Shown here piece after piece: positions 24,742 to 36,711 of a stretch of 64,000 nucleotides of DNA (positions are counted from its first letter, which is position 1; every line of letters begins with the position of its first letter). Below the pieces are notes generated by a model. The model worked only from the letters and a program-made list of their open reading frames with translations. It made no database searches and was not told where the DNA came from. A program made the position numbers and the translations under genes. The stretch is from Dicyema japonicum (lineage: Eukaryota > Animalia > Dicyemida). The stretch covers positions 62,001-126,000 of the forward strand of contig RDEW01000031.1 of assembly GCA_011109175.1 (NCBI GenBank). Reading direction: 5' to 3'.

Positions 24742-25789
24742 ATGGTTAAATCATCTAAAAAACAGAAAGTTCAAGTAAAGAATGATTTTCAATTACAGGA
24801 ATTAAATGATGACACCTTTGGGGATCGATCCGATTGGTCTTATATTGAAAAGTTAATTGAAACAAATGAAATTAGACAAATTCAACCGTTAAAATTATCA
24901 TATCAATCTTTAGGTTAATATGTGAAAATATGAACTTACAAATGTCAATTTATGCCTTAAAAATGCTTCACTTCTCGATATTTACACGTCTGCAGTAATA
25001 TTTCATAAAGAGAAATAAGTTTAACGTTGAAAAAAGTTATGCCTTTTTAAACTTATTTCAATTTTCCTTAAATGAAGTTATCGGTTTTAATTTTTTTGAA
25101 TTTTAAATAGATAAGAAACCGCTCATTGAGATTATAATTAGCATAAATGAAAAAATTGTAAATATTTAAACAAAAATGTTCCGCATGAGTTTGGATACAA
25201 TCTTTTAGTGGACGAAGACGTTAAAATAATAATGGAATACATTTATTCAACGTAATTTTTTGATTAAAAACAGAATTTTTCAACACAAGGAACTTTACCA
25301 ATGTTTATATCATGTTGAAGAACAACTAACAATCAACGAAATTTCAGTTTTTATTTTTAAACAAACTTTTAGTTGAACGTTAAAACATTAAGAAAACCAG
25401 AAAGTTCCTGGCCACCTCCATTAGTCGAAAGTGTCAGCGAAACTGTTTACAATAAGTACATAAAGTCTCCTGACGATAAAGTAAACTTCAAACTAATAAA
25501 AAGACAGCTGAAATCATGAAAGATGAAGAAACAACCAAAGAATCAAAGATAGACGATGAACACCTTCAAATAGAATTGGATATTTTGAATAATTTATCCC
25601 GCGAAGAAATTCTTCAGACTATATCGAATGACGTCTGTAAAACATTGAATCTGATTAAAGTTTTATTGGAATAATAATTAAACCAAATAGAACGATTTTG
25701 TTTCCAAACTTGACGAAAGAGAAAATGTGTTTATTCAAAGAGCTGAAAAACTACGAACTCAATCGACAAAGAAAAGTAAAGCTAAATAA
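24742..25789 (+). CDS. CABCOCO1: Ciliary-associated calcium-binding coiled-coil protein (CABCOCO1/C10orf107-like), multi-exon
   Basis: LLDIYTSAVIF, IFQHKELYQ, WPPPLVESVSETVYNKYI and LDERENVFIQRAEKLR align with recalled CABCOCO1 blocks; two 1-nt frame breaks (~25012, ~25165). Confidence 0.72.
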
Positions 25790-26469
25790 CATTAAAAAAT
25801 TCTCTAATAATATTATTCATCATTTTTCATTTTAGGTGCAATTCCTTCCAATAAATCAATTATATTATACAAACTGCCTACACACCAACTCGAATCCGCC
25901 GACAACCTGGAATCACTGAGAGCCCTAGCAAATAATAGAGAAGCTTGGAAAAGACTAACGTTTAAATTTCTTTCTTTTGCTGCATATGTGGGGCTATAAA
26001 TATTGTGGCTCTTGTGAAAGTACTGATAATCATAATAATAAACCAGCTACAAAACTACACCCCTCAATAAAATAGGAAAAAGTGGATTTTTTTACTTTTT
26101 TATATTTTATAATAATATGTCACAGTCCATTAATATAAATTCGAAATAAGGTTATCGTGAGATTTAAATCATAAATATATGTGAATCTCATAACAAAATC
26201 TAATCTAATTTTTTAACCAACTTGATTTTTCGCAAGTTTTGATTCTGTTGTTACTTTTATTCGAAATTTAGATGGAGCATTATTATAATCATATTAACTA
26301 TAATCTTAAACGTGCAAGTTCTGATTGGTGATCCTATATTAGAGTGTCTCCTGAATCCTTCATCTCGCTATGAAGGAAAACAATGGCTTTCATTAATCAT
26401 TAGCTAGGTAGTTAAATCACCACCTTGATTTTCCGAATATTTAACCAGTTTGCTCGAAAAATAAAAAAA

Positions 26470-26730
26470 ACAAAAATAACGTCAAACAGATAGATGATCC
26501 CAGTTCCTCAATTAACTGCACCATCCAACGTTTGTGCTCTGTCCACTACCGTACGAAAGAGTCTTCTCTTATTTTTGAAGAGGAGATGGGAACTTTTGGA
26601 CCAATCAGTTTTCTTTTGCCTTGGATATGGACAAACAAAGCGGGTTTCCATCTTCCTAACAGACGCAAAGGATCAACGATTACGGGTCATAGCTTCCGTG
26701 AGTAAGGGAGTGGCTGATGATCCAGTATGA
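26470..26730 (-). mobile_element. Family 2 body fragment
   Basis: Homologous to 2623-2860 and 60200-60330. Confidence 0.6.
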
Positions 26731-27039
26731 GGGCCCAACATACGAATGGTTGTTAGGTAAATTGCAAAAAAATTAAAGAGAAAATATGACTATTTTTTTC
26801 GATGTGATATAATATTTATTTTATTTATTTAATAACCCCAAGCCTACAATATTTTGTAAACTCACCATTAACAATCACAAATAATTAATTCAAAGAAGGA
26901 ACCCAAGAGAGAATATCTTCTTGTATCGACCGAATACATCATCCATTAATTCATAACAGGCTTCCGCTTCCAAAAAGAGGTTAAGAAGTAGGTTCGCCCT
27001 TTTTAATTTCTATCACAGGACCTACCATCTTAGAAATCA

Positions 27040-27236
27040 CTTCATTTTTAGACGAGTCTGTTCTGCCGCTGAGAAATTGAAACGGGTAAAGTACACAGTC
27101 CTACCCAATGATTTTTGTTCGTTCCACTCGTCGTTAAGACGTCTGGTTTCCTAGCGCCTGTGACGCTGGAATTTTTGAATCGTCAAAGGGAATCTGATTT
27201 CTACAAGATTAGGAGATTGCTGCTGATTATTTAAGC
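27040..27236 (+). mobile_element. CRE-clade 3' fragment, followed directly by a SINE
   Basis: AEKLKRVKY...FVPLVVKTSG (degenerate KY...F.P.AVET.G motif). Confidence 0.6.
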
Positions 27237-27535
27237 AAAGTGCTTAGGCTACGGGTTCGAATCTCGCTGCTGTTCACCTGGTGGAAGGTTCCACGCATCT
27301 ACGATGCAGAAATGGTTTGACGAGTGACGGCCGTCAATCAGTGAATACTCACTGCGGAACTGGATTTGTCTAGAAGGACACTCAAACAAGAAAAAGAAAA
27401 AAAAAAGAAGTGAAGATCATTCCTTGGTTCTACGATTAGTTAAAATTAACTGTTCTTTACTTAAATAAAGTGTGTGTTCTGCCTATGCGGAGCTATAAAT
27501 ACTATGGCTCTCGTGAAAAGGGTTTATTATTATTA
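27237..27535 (+). mobile_element. tRNA-derived SINE family 1, copy B (5' clipped, B box retained)
   Basis: GGTTCGAATC B box; near-identical to 33024-33332; (TTA)n tail. Confidence 0.9.
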
Positions 27536-27616
27536 ATTATTAATTAAATTTAGTAACATTCATTTTTTATCGGGCAACCATAAAAAGTAATAAAATAGAT
27601 AGATTTAAATTTCAGT

Positions 27617-28973
27617 ATGATTAAAGCGTTTAATATTATTGATTTGAAAGGGTAAATATAAATTAAAATATTAGCATAATTATTTACTCACATAAATTCG
27701 GTGAAACTGAAAATATTCAAAAAGCTTTTTTAGTTTTTATTAATAACTGATCGGTTTAGAATTTTAACGAAATTTATGGAATCCAATAATAAAATTTGGA
27801 AATGACTTTATTTTGTCCACCAAAATAAACAAGTTTTATTATTCGGTAGTTGTCGACAGAGAAGGTGAATTAAATTAACTAAATTCAGTAAATCCACTAG
27901 AAATTATTTCGATTATCGATAATTTTTATCAACACATCAATAATTTATTTGATAAGATTACTGATAAAATCATCGTTGAAAATGCTGATAAAATTCACTT
28001 GGTTTATTCAAAATATTACTATTAGGCTTTATCACAAATATGCAATAATGGAATTCCTCTAAACAGTAGTGCGGATTCATCTAAAGAAAAAAACATTTAC
28101 AAACTTCCAACATTTACGGTAACTGTTGAAGAAAATGTTAAAATGACGATTAACGACGTTGGACACACTTTGTCAAATTTAGTTTTTGGAGAGGTTGAAT
28201 TTTAAATTTTATATATTCCTTTAAAGTAAGATTCACTGCAAAAATAAATTATCTGGGAAACATGAAGTTAAACTAAAAATTCCGAAACTATCTGAATTAG
28301 CCGATGTTATTTTTAATCCAATCGTCGATTTGAATGATTTCAAGGTTATTATGATTATGCATGTTTAGACTCACAAGACATTATCTGTTAAGACTGAAAT
28401 CAAGAAATTCTCCCTGGTGAAGTATTTGATGAAAAGGGAAATGTATTTTTTGTGATAAATGAAGTTTGACCTATCCCCCATTTAAAATCAATTATGAAAG
28501 AAGAGATAAGTCCACTTTTTTTAAGTTGGAAATAATTTCGAGCATCGAATCTAAACGGGTAACAAAAATATTACTAATTAATTGTCAGATCAAGAAATTT
28601 TCTGTTGTTTTAAATTCAAAATATAATCAACTAAAATTCAGTGCTTGTTTTGTTGAAAATGGAACTATAAGTTACTCGGATTCTTGTGAGACAGTTGTCT
28701 TCCACATTCAGAAAAAGAAATTTCCTCTGATTTTAGAAGGAAATGTAATAAATTTAATAATATTAGTTGATTTTGGGAAAAGATGGGTACAAAGAAGAAA
28801 ATAAACCGTCAGTAGAAATAAACTCCGTCATTGAAGGTGCAACTTTTTCAAACATTAACATTGAAAAACTAGAAATTACAAATTCGGTAAAATTTTGAAT
28901 AAGTTCCATATAGAAATTACAGCAGTATACAACGGTAGAATATAAAACAAAGTCTAATTTATTTTATGTTTAA
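27617..28973 (+). CDS. AP3M: Highly divergent adaptor-complex medium (mu) subunit, most like AP-3 mu; multi-exon
   Basis: MIKAFNIIDLKG-IIIYSHKF longin start; VVVDRE-VNPLEIISIID...ALSQICNNGIPL matches VIQTEVPPLFVIEFL...EMLDNGFPL; LADVIFNP matches LDDVSFHP; C-terminal YTTVEYKTKS; several frame breaks. Confidence 0.72.
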
Positions 28974-29070
28974 AATTCCTTTATTTTCGTTTTATCACTA
29001 ACACTGTAACCTTTGTTTTTTTTAATACATAATTATTTTATTTTGAGGTTATGTTAACTCAAAAAATCAT

Positions 29071-29186
29071 AGCTCTAAAGTTTGGAGCAAGGATCAAGAT
29101 TTCCCTACACAAACGTCTCTGACATCTTAGCTCTTTAAAATTTGGAGCAGGGATCAAGATTGCCATACACAAACGGCTCGACGAGA
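29071..29186. repeat. Tandem duplication of a ~58-bp unit
   Basis: AGCTCT(TT)AAA(G/A)TTTGGAGCA(A/G)GGATCAAGATT..C.TACACAAACG occurs twice. Confidence 0.85.
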
Positions 29187-29399
29187 CTTTAGATGAGGAC
29201 GAAGTAACAGAGAAAAGGATAGAAAACTTCCTGAAATGAGATACTATCCTTGACTCGTATGCCGCAGCATGGATGAACCACATAGACAATTTATAATTAA
29301 ACTGAATTTAAAATTTGCCAAAAATGTTTAGACAGACAATCAACTAAAATTAACTAAAATGAATTAATGTAGTCTGTCTCAATTAATTCGTCTTCTCTT

Positions 29400-30260
29400 T
29401 TGGCCTAGCTCACTCAAACTTTCAGGCTCTTTGTAGTAAATTGTTGGGCAGTCATGGATTGAATTTTTCTATTAGATCATTCAGACTTTCAAGCAAGCAG
29501 CATTTTTCAACAGCACGTCCTTCGTCGATAATTCTAATATTGAATCAGTTTTCCCCAAACCTTCCGTTGTGATCAACCCATATTTATTTTCTACCCACAT
29601 AGTCTCAAGAGTCTTTCTGATCACGACAGTCAGAATATAGACCGTAGTGTCATTGACTTGGAGTGTGTTTATAACACTTGTTTACAATGCCATCCAGGTT
29701 ATTACTATTGGTACTATGTTTACTTTAGCATTAAATTAATGTCAATTCGCTGGCAAGAAGATCGTATTTATGTAGTTTTTTCTACTTAAACTTTTTTTAA
29801 CAGCTGTTAGGAGTGATTCATATATCGATCAGATTGATGTTGTTGCTCTTTTTATCAAGCGCATAAATATCCTGTTGAATATTCTGTACTGTCGTATCCG
29901 TGGCTAGTACTTAAATTTTAAATTTAAACAATATGTTTAAAAAGTTGTAAAAACTAGTGTCAACCTTTATCAGATGGCTGTTAAGGTTGAAACATTAAAG
30001 TGGTGAAAGTACGCTGATATCCCAATGAAATCAAATTTTTCTCTTTTCATGGAAATCTTCTGAACTCTTGGACAATTGTCCTATGCTTTTCTCGAACGAG
30101 TTGAAAATCTTATCTCAACCAGTTCAAGAAACCTTAGCGAACGCTGTTTGCTGTTCAAGTATATTTCATCGAGAGACACTTCGCTTCCTGGCGACATCCT
30201 CTGGATCACTTTGCTTTGGTGGGGTTCTGTTGGAACGCGTAAGGATCATGGAATTAGTTA
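29400..30260 (-). mobile_element. Heavily decayed LINE (RTE-like) fragment
   Basis: 30068-30150 is homologous to 58805-58880; only weak RT-proximal residues remain. Confidence 0.4.
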
Positions 30261-30379
30261 TTATCATCTAACCCCGAAAAAGGGAAAACCAAGAAAAAAG
30301 AGTTAAACCATCTGAGACCACAACAGGATTGAGAGCTTTTTGCTGGGGTTCTCCAGGGTACCTACAGCTTTTATGATTT

Positions 30380-31300
30380 CACGACGTTCTTTTTTCGAGA
30401 GGCGTTGGCTTTTTTCCTAATTTACGCGTAGCGGAGGCTTCTATCGCTGATTGGTAAAAGCGATACGACTCAGCCGCAGAGAGTGATGAACCGAGACCAT
30501 TATTCCGGATTGCCGTGTTGTCGAGTAATGGGAAAAATAATTGAGAAGAGAAATTAGTTATGTGGACCATTTTTCCTCTTGGGAATTTATCTTGTAGAAG
30601 TTTGAAATTAAGATTATGTAAGCCCAGGAGGCACAAGCATAGTCCACTGTCGGCTTCATGAACTGGCAGTATAAGACAGTTGAAGTCAGCCAATCCTCAG
30701 GTCGTTTAGGTGTGACTGAAGTCCTGATTTTGCCATATCCACGTATTTGTTTATGCCCGCAATAATTAGATCGTCAGCATATGTTAGAAGTATTGAGTCT
30801 GGATCTCAGGGCATGGCAAGTCGTTTAAGAATAAGTTAAAAAGCGCCGGAGAAAGGGGCGATTCCCGAGGGACACCATTCGGGAAGAGACGGGATCTCGA
30901 TCTTGAATGGCCTATACACACGTCCCCTTCGTCCTGTAATAAAATTGGCTATCCATCGTTTTAAAGTCAGATGAATGGAAGTGTTGAGGAAAGTAGGATT
31001 CTCGAGACTGAATCAGATGCCTTTTGGGTATCTAACAAGATTAATACTGTCCGTAGATGCCGTTTTGGTTCTTTAAAGCCTTCTGAGATAAATTGTGTCA
31101 GGAGATTAAGCATGTTGTAGACCGCTTCGATCTTAATTTATGTTGGTAGAGACAAATGGGCAAATGGGATTTAATTTTCCAAAGTACGAGTTATAACGCA
31201 CAGGTTGGAGATATGGGAAGTAAGATGGAGAGGCTTTCGGTTTTCCTAATTTTAATACAGGTATGATCCCGAAGATGGGTGACAAGGGGAGACAACAACG
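30380..31300 (-). mobile_element. Decayed LINE reverse transcriptase (same group as the 46.4-49 kb element)
   Basis: NGVPRESPLSPALFNLFLNDLP...LTYADDLIIAG read on the minus strand at 30760-30900. Confidence 0.85.
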
Positions 31301-31339
31301 TGGATAAAAATCAAAACTTGATTTTTTATATTGCTAATT

Positions 31340-31440
31340 TAAACACTCTTCTTCAGCCGTATAGGGAAAAGAAAAATGGTTCTTTTCGGTGTCTTTCCAT
31401 ACTGAGCGCCACTACATAAGGTGAACCAGCTGACGCCACG
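31340..31440 (-). mobile_element. Family 2 structured head directly upstream of the RT fragment
   Basis: GGCGTCA-GC-TGGTTC-ACC...TGGCGCT...GAACCA, homologous to 39936-40000. Confidence 0.6.
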
Positions 31441-31646
31441 CTAACAGATCCATCTGATACGTGGTTTAATGATCTTTTTACCTTTAGTATTTTGAATAAT
31501 TTAATTTAATAATTAAAAAATTTCAAGTAAGATATTGGATCATAAAATTAACTACAAAATAATTAATTAACAAATAAAATTAAAAAAATAAATTAAATTA
31601 AATAAAACATTGCGCGTAATTATTATTATTTCTTGTTGTTTAAGTT

Positions 31647-32490
31647 ATGTCTACAAACTGTAAAATGATCCAATTTATAGTTGAACTTCTTGAATATAGT
31701 AGTAATCAAAATACTCTCAATGAGTAAACATTTATAATGATAGCATTAGGTTTATTCCCTCATAAAGTCGGCGCTCGATGAGTATGGAGTATCTGTATTA
31801 AAATTATTGATATTTAGAAAGCTATTCTTGACTATGGTTTTTCAGTTTCAGATTCCGTCCGTTCTGTTTTATTCGGTGCGAATTTTTCAAATCAACATGG
31901 TTTTTGAAATAAAACATTAATTTAGTTGAAATTTTAAGGTCTGAAAGTACTGAGACTTTGATTAGCAGTGGTGAAGAATTGAATGAAGTTAAGTCAAAAG
32001 ATTCAGATAAAAAATCATTAAGATTGTCGACGTGAGACATGAAGAAATGAAATACGAGAACTTCGATAAAAATGATTCAATAATAAATTCTAATTCGTGT
32101 GAAGATTCAATTGAAATAATATCGACTGAACCCTACAAAGCACGGAAAAGTACATTTAATGAGTTCACACCTCTCCGACTTTTAAAGACAACATACAAAC
32201 CTGGTTTACCTACCGAAAATAAATTAATGAATGAATCTCATTCACCAAAAGTTTGTTTTCCGAATCCTAATTGTCCCCCTAAGCGTCAGAAATGGACTTT
32301 AGAAGAAGAGATTCAGTTTTATAAATTAGTCAAGAAATTTGGATTCGGTAATTGGAAAGTCATGAGTGATACTGGATTGCTTCCAAAAAGAACACCTGTT
32401 ATGCTGAAAGACAAATGGAGAACTATGCTTGAACAACAAAACAAAATTAGTAATCTGAGAAAGATTATTAAAAAGGCTGAGAAAAATTAA
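31647..32490 (+). CDS. Telobox-type Myb domain protein (TRF/telomere repeat-binding factor-like); 5' exons uncertain
   Basis: C-terminal KRQKWTLEEE.QFYKLVKKFGFGNWKVM...RTPVMLKDKWRTM is a telobox Myb; upstream spliceable exons with a frame break in the A6 run near 32010. Confidence 0.75.
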
Positions 32491-33023
32491 TCTTTGAATA
32501 TTTTGTTTTAAATGTTTTTTGACAAAAAGAATGTTTTAAAGAGAATCTCATATATCAAGCCAGATTTAAATTTTAAATTTAGTCTTTTAAAGTTAATGTA
32601 ATTAAATTAACACAGTCAACCATCCAAAGTGGACCCCGCCGACATTATCGACGTTGCGCTGCCTCTCACGAGATTACTCATATGATGTGAGTAATCTCTT
32701 TGAATTTCTCAATTTTATGCTAAAGTACGAAACTTGATGTCAAAATAGTACTAATTACTATGATCACATTAAGTTTATTCATAATCGTTAAGTTATTATG
32801 GGGAGGAACTAATAGGAACGGATTGACATTTCCCGTTTGTGACCGAATTCTATGCCAAAAGAAAATTCGGTACTTGTTTAGAATCTGACAGCCACTTTCC
32901 TGCAACAAAATCAATATATGATAATTTTTTTAGTTAAAAAATTACATATTAATTTTTATTCTTTACGAATAATTTTAAAATTTAATATAAATAATTAAAT
33001 TTTTATAAGTATTATTTAGTAGT

Positions 33024-33332
33024 CAGGTGGCATAGTGGTTAGGTGTCGGGCTTAAAGTGGCTTAGGTTAGGGGTTCGAATCTCGCTGCTGTTCACCTGGT
33101 GAAAGGTTCCACGCATCTACGATGCAGAAATGGTTTGACGAATGACGCCGTCAACAGTGGATACTCACTGCGGAACTGGATTGTCTAGAAAGGACATTCA
33201 CACAAGAAAAAAAAGTGAAGATTATTCCTTGGTTCTAAGATTAGTTAAAATTAACTGTTTTTTACTTAAATAAAGTGTGTGTCCTGCCTATGCGGAGCTA
33301 TAAATACTATGGCTCTCGTGAAAAGGCTTTAT
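33024..33332 (+). mobile_element. tRNA-derived SINE family 1, full-length copy A
   Basis: A box TGGCATAGTGG (33028-38), B box GGTTCGAATC (33072-81), (TTA)n tail, 14-bp TSD TATTATTTAGTAGT (33010-23 / 33333-46). Confidence 0.93.
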
Positions 33333-33509
33333 TATTATTTAGTAGTAATTTGCTGTCGGGGACCTAAAATTCTCTATTGCTACCAGTGCATCGAATTCGG
33401 TGTTTTTATATCTCTGTCTCCGCATGAATTAGCTGTTCAGATGGTGTTGTTTGGCCCCATCTCCCCTTTTGTTCCTCCGATTAATACAACCCAAATTTCT
33501 GCAATAATT

Positions 33510-33815
33510 TTAATGAGATTAAACCTTTCTATATGTTTTGTATAGACAACAGGGTTAATAAAGTTATAACGATGATCGACCATCACATGTATGAAACCTA
33601 CATCTTGAAGACTGTAGTCGAATAAGTGTTGAACCAACTGGCACATTTCCGATTATCGCTTTTGTCCGAGTTTCCATTGTTCGATCTTGAATTTCCATGA
33701 TGAAACATTCTTTAGTTTCCCTGCAAATTGCTCTAAAAATCCATTGCTGAGTGAATAATTGTCCAGAATTATTTTTCGCTCGGAAAATATGCTTTCGTTT
33801 ATTTCTAAGATCATT
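33510..33815 (-). mobile_element. Merlin (ISXO2/IS1595-like) transposase remnant
   Basis: EINESIFSERK, QWIFRAICRETKECF, GNVPVGSTLI, HVMVDHRYNFINP...TKHIERF. Confidence 0.88.
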
Positions 33816-34909
33816 CCTTCACTACTTTTTGTAGATAAAGAATCCCAAGGCCATTAAATCTGACAGGTACTGTGGTCTGTTTTTAAGAGGCATCCTCGGA
33901 GCGAAATTTACAAATGTTGAAAAGAAAACAGCTTGGGTGAAATCAATATCAGATAGTTCACACTCAATTTTTTGTTCAATTCAAGACCAACTAAGGACTA
34001 GGAAAGAACCAATAATTCTAAATTTCGAAAGACAATTTTCGGGGGTCCTTCGAGGACTGCATTGTTTAAGTATTAGATTTTAGGGGAGGAGCGGTAAAGC
34101 TCAGTGAATTTTTTTCGATAGTCAAAGAGAAGAGATCCAACCTGGTCCTCTTTTTGGATTCCGGAAAATGAGGGTATTTGATATCCACCAAAGAAGAGGG
34201 TCAACTGGAGCTCATAAGACTGGTTAAATAGACTTCATGAAAGATTCCAGAATGAAATCCCTCCTTATACTGTGAGACTATTTCAAATGCCCAAAAGCAT
34301 TTTCGGAGCTCCTTCTTTTGAAAATTAGTACAGAATTGGCTGAACTTTTCAACCGAGTCATACTTTGATCCTGGATTGAGATGGCCTTAGAGAATGTGCA
34401 ACCTAGAAAGTAGAGCTCTCCTAGACTAGTATTCTAAAGACAAAACTCATCAGAAGGACTCAGCCTCCTTTTTTATCAAAGCAATCAGGTTGTCAGAGAA
34501 CAGGATATGACGGATTGCTTCTTGTAAACCTCTTGATAGAATCTAGTTGGTAAGAGAAGTGATAGAAGATATAAAAGACGGACAGCGGATCCCCAACGGA
34601 TAGGACAGAAAGATCTTTCAAATTGCCTGGTCTTATTTCATCAAGCTCACCATTACTGTCTGGGACAAAATTCGGAAGATAGCTGATGATGATTTTTGTG
34701 GTCATTTAAAGAAGAGGCCACTATAAGAACAGCATGGGACCCTTCTTCGAATAATTCAATGCTAAATTCCTAATGATCCTCTTTCGAATCTCGAATCCGG
34801 GATTCTCACATTTAACTACAGGAAGCTAGGCGCTCTCAAGCGTTCTAGAAATTATTTTCTTAGGATATTTACGTTTTTTAATATAACATTAAATTTAATG
34901 AAAGCAAAC

Positions 34910-35340
34910 GAGAAAAAATACGAAACGCTGCTCGATCTGTTCACGTTCCTCCCCATAATAGTTGAGACAACTGGAGGAATAAACTGGAAATCGCTTAATT
35001 TTCTAAAAAAAGTTGGGACGCCTAGCTATACTAAAAAGGCACGAGGCATGTGAGACTCAGTGGCTCTTCCAGTTGATCTCTGTTGCAATTATGTTGTTGG
35101 GATTATTTTTGATTGATTTTTGTGTTTTTAATGAAATGTGACATCAAGACACTTAGCATCCCAAACAAGGTTCCACCATTAGCAAAAAGGAATATTGTCT
35201 TCCCGTTAGGCCATTTGCCATCGTCTCGAGTGAGACCACTAGGCCCCAAAATGTAGTGGTGGCCAGCAGAGGAAAGTGGGTTTTTCAAAGTCACATTGAG
35301 ACTGCATGCTTTGGAAAACGATTCACGCTCAACCTGCATC
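34910..35340. mobile_element. Two CRE fragments in opposite orientations (34910-35100 +, 35110-35340 -)
   Basis: EKYETL...FLPIIVETTGG on +; GPSGLTRDDGKWPNGKTIF on -. Confidence 0.7.
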
Positions 35341-36045
35341 ACAGTTGATGGTAGCAGGAATCTGCTGAATGGCAACTAGCCGATTTGAGGCATGCAAGTC
35401 TTCTCGCATCCTCAATACTCTCAATGTGCTTCCTCTCTTTTTTAAAAACATATAGAATACTGGAAAAAAGTACTATCGACGGTCGCACTGAACAGGATGA
35501 AGACGGATTGGTTGGCGATTGCTCTTCGTTTGCCCCTCTATAATGCTTTCGTGAAGCCGGTCCTGCTATATAACTCTTCCTGCTGGGGACCTCGGTCTCA
35601 GAAACCAAAAATCTTAACTCTTTCCATCGAAGGCAATTACGAATAATGTGTACAATGGCCGACACGGATCAACAATGAAGCACTGTACCGAAATTGCTCA
35701 ACGCGACCTGTAACTTGGGATGTAGTGGAGTCCCGATGGAGACTGTTTGGACACGTCCTACGGATAGACATCACATCACATGCAAATTTGGCAATGAAGG
35801 AATATTTCGCTGCAAGAGGAAAGAAATATCGGAGGCGCATGCGTACTACGCTACCGGGGATGCTGGATGAGGATCTCAAAGCAATCGACCGGAGGCTCGT
35901 AAATGGGAAGGATCTGGATGCTATAAAAAGTTTTGCATGTAACAGGGGAGGATGACGAGATTGATCCGAAAAATCGCTTTAAGCCGCACGTGTGGAAATA
36001 TAACAATTATGTTTTTATGATAGTTGCCTATAGTAATAATAATAT
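35340..36045 (+). mobile_element. RTE-clade LINE 3' portion with (TAA)n tail
   Basis: YNAFVKPVLLYNSSCWG, RWRLFGHVLR, RTTLPGMLDEDL; ends TAGTAATAATAAT. Confidence 0.85.
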
Positions 36046-36711
36046 AGAATACGGTTGTTAATTAGCGCCGCCCTCCAGAAAAATTAAGGTATAGCTCCTT
36101 CCACAATTCTCTACTTCCGATGGCGTCATAGATACATTCAATCCAGAATAGGAGTTGAGGACCGTATCTATCAAATTCTTCGAGTAGCTATAAGAGGACA
36201 AATATGTACTTAATGCGACATAATGCGACATCCGAAGGTAAGGTAATTCCCAATCTTCCAAAACAAACATTAGATTTAGATTTATTTTTAATCTCATCCA
36301 TGTTCATGAAAAAAATCGAGATGTGGATTTTCATCCATTATGAAGCGAAGTAGACATTTCGTGCAATAGAGCTCCACCACTGCATCAACTCTCTCAACTA
36401 ACTTTTCCAATATAAAATGAGAAAGTGTCTGATTTACAAAATATCATGATTCAAACCTCGTCCGGCCCCAATTGAAAGAAACTGTAGTCTATATGTCTGA
36501 ACTTCACGTATAGGTGATGGTTAACACGATTCTATGTATGCTCATTAATAAACTTGAAGTGGAAAACTTAAAAAAATTTCACACACTTGAATGAATTTCC
36601 AAGATTAATAATATTAATTGTCTGCATGAATTACAATTCATAATGTATTAATAGATTATTCAAATTATAAGTAACCATTCTAAATCTAATAGAATGTTTT
36701 GAATGTTTCTA

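Noticed and set aside
29071-29260. SAM-domain-like LKFGAGIKI peptide
   Set aside because: Too short, duplicated locally and interrupted by stops; no supporting exons.
33060-33072. Telomeric TTAGGG-like motif near the telobox gene
   Set aside because: Only TTAGGTTAGGGG, inside the SINE head; chance.
33024-33095. Functional tRNA gene
   Set aside because: It has A and B boxes but no intact acceptor or anticodon stems; it is the head of a TSD-flanked SINE.
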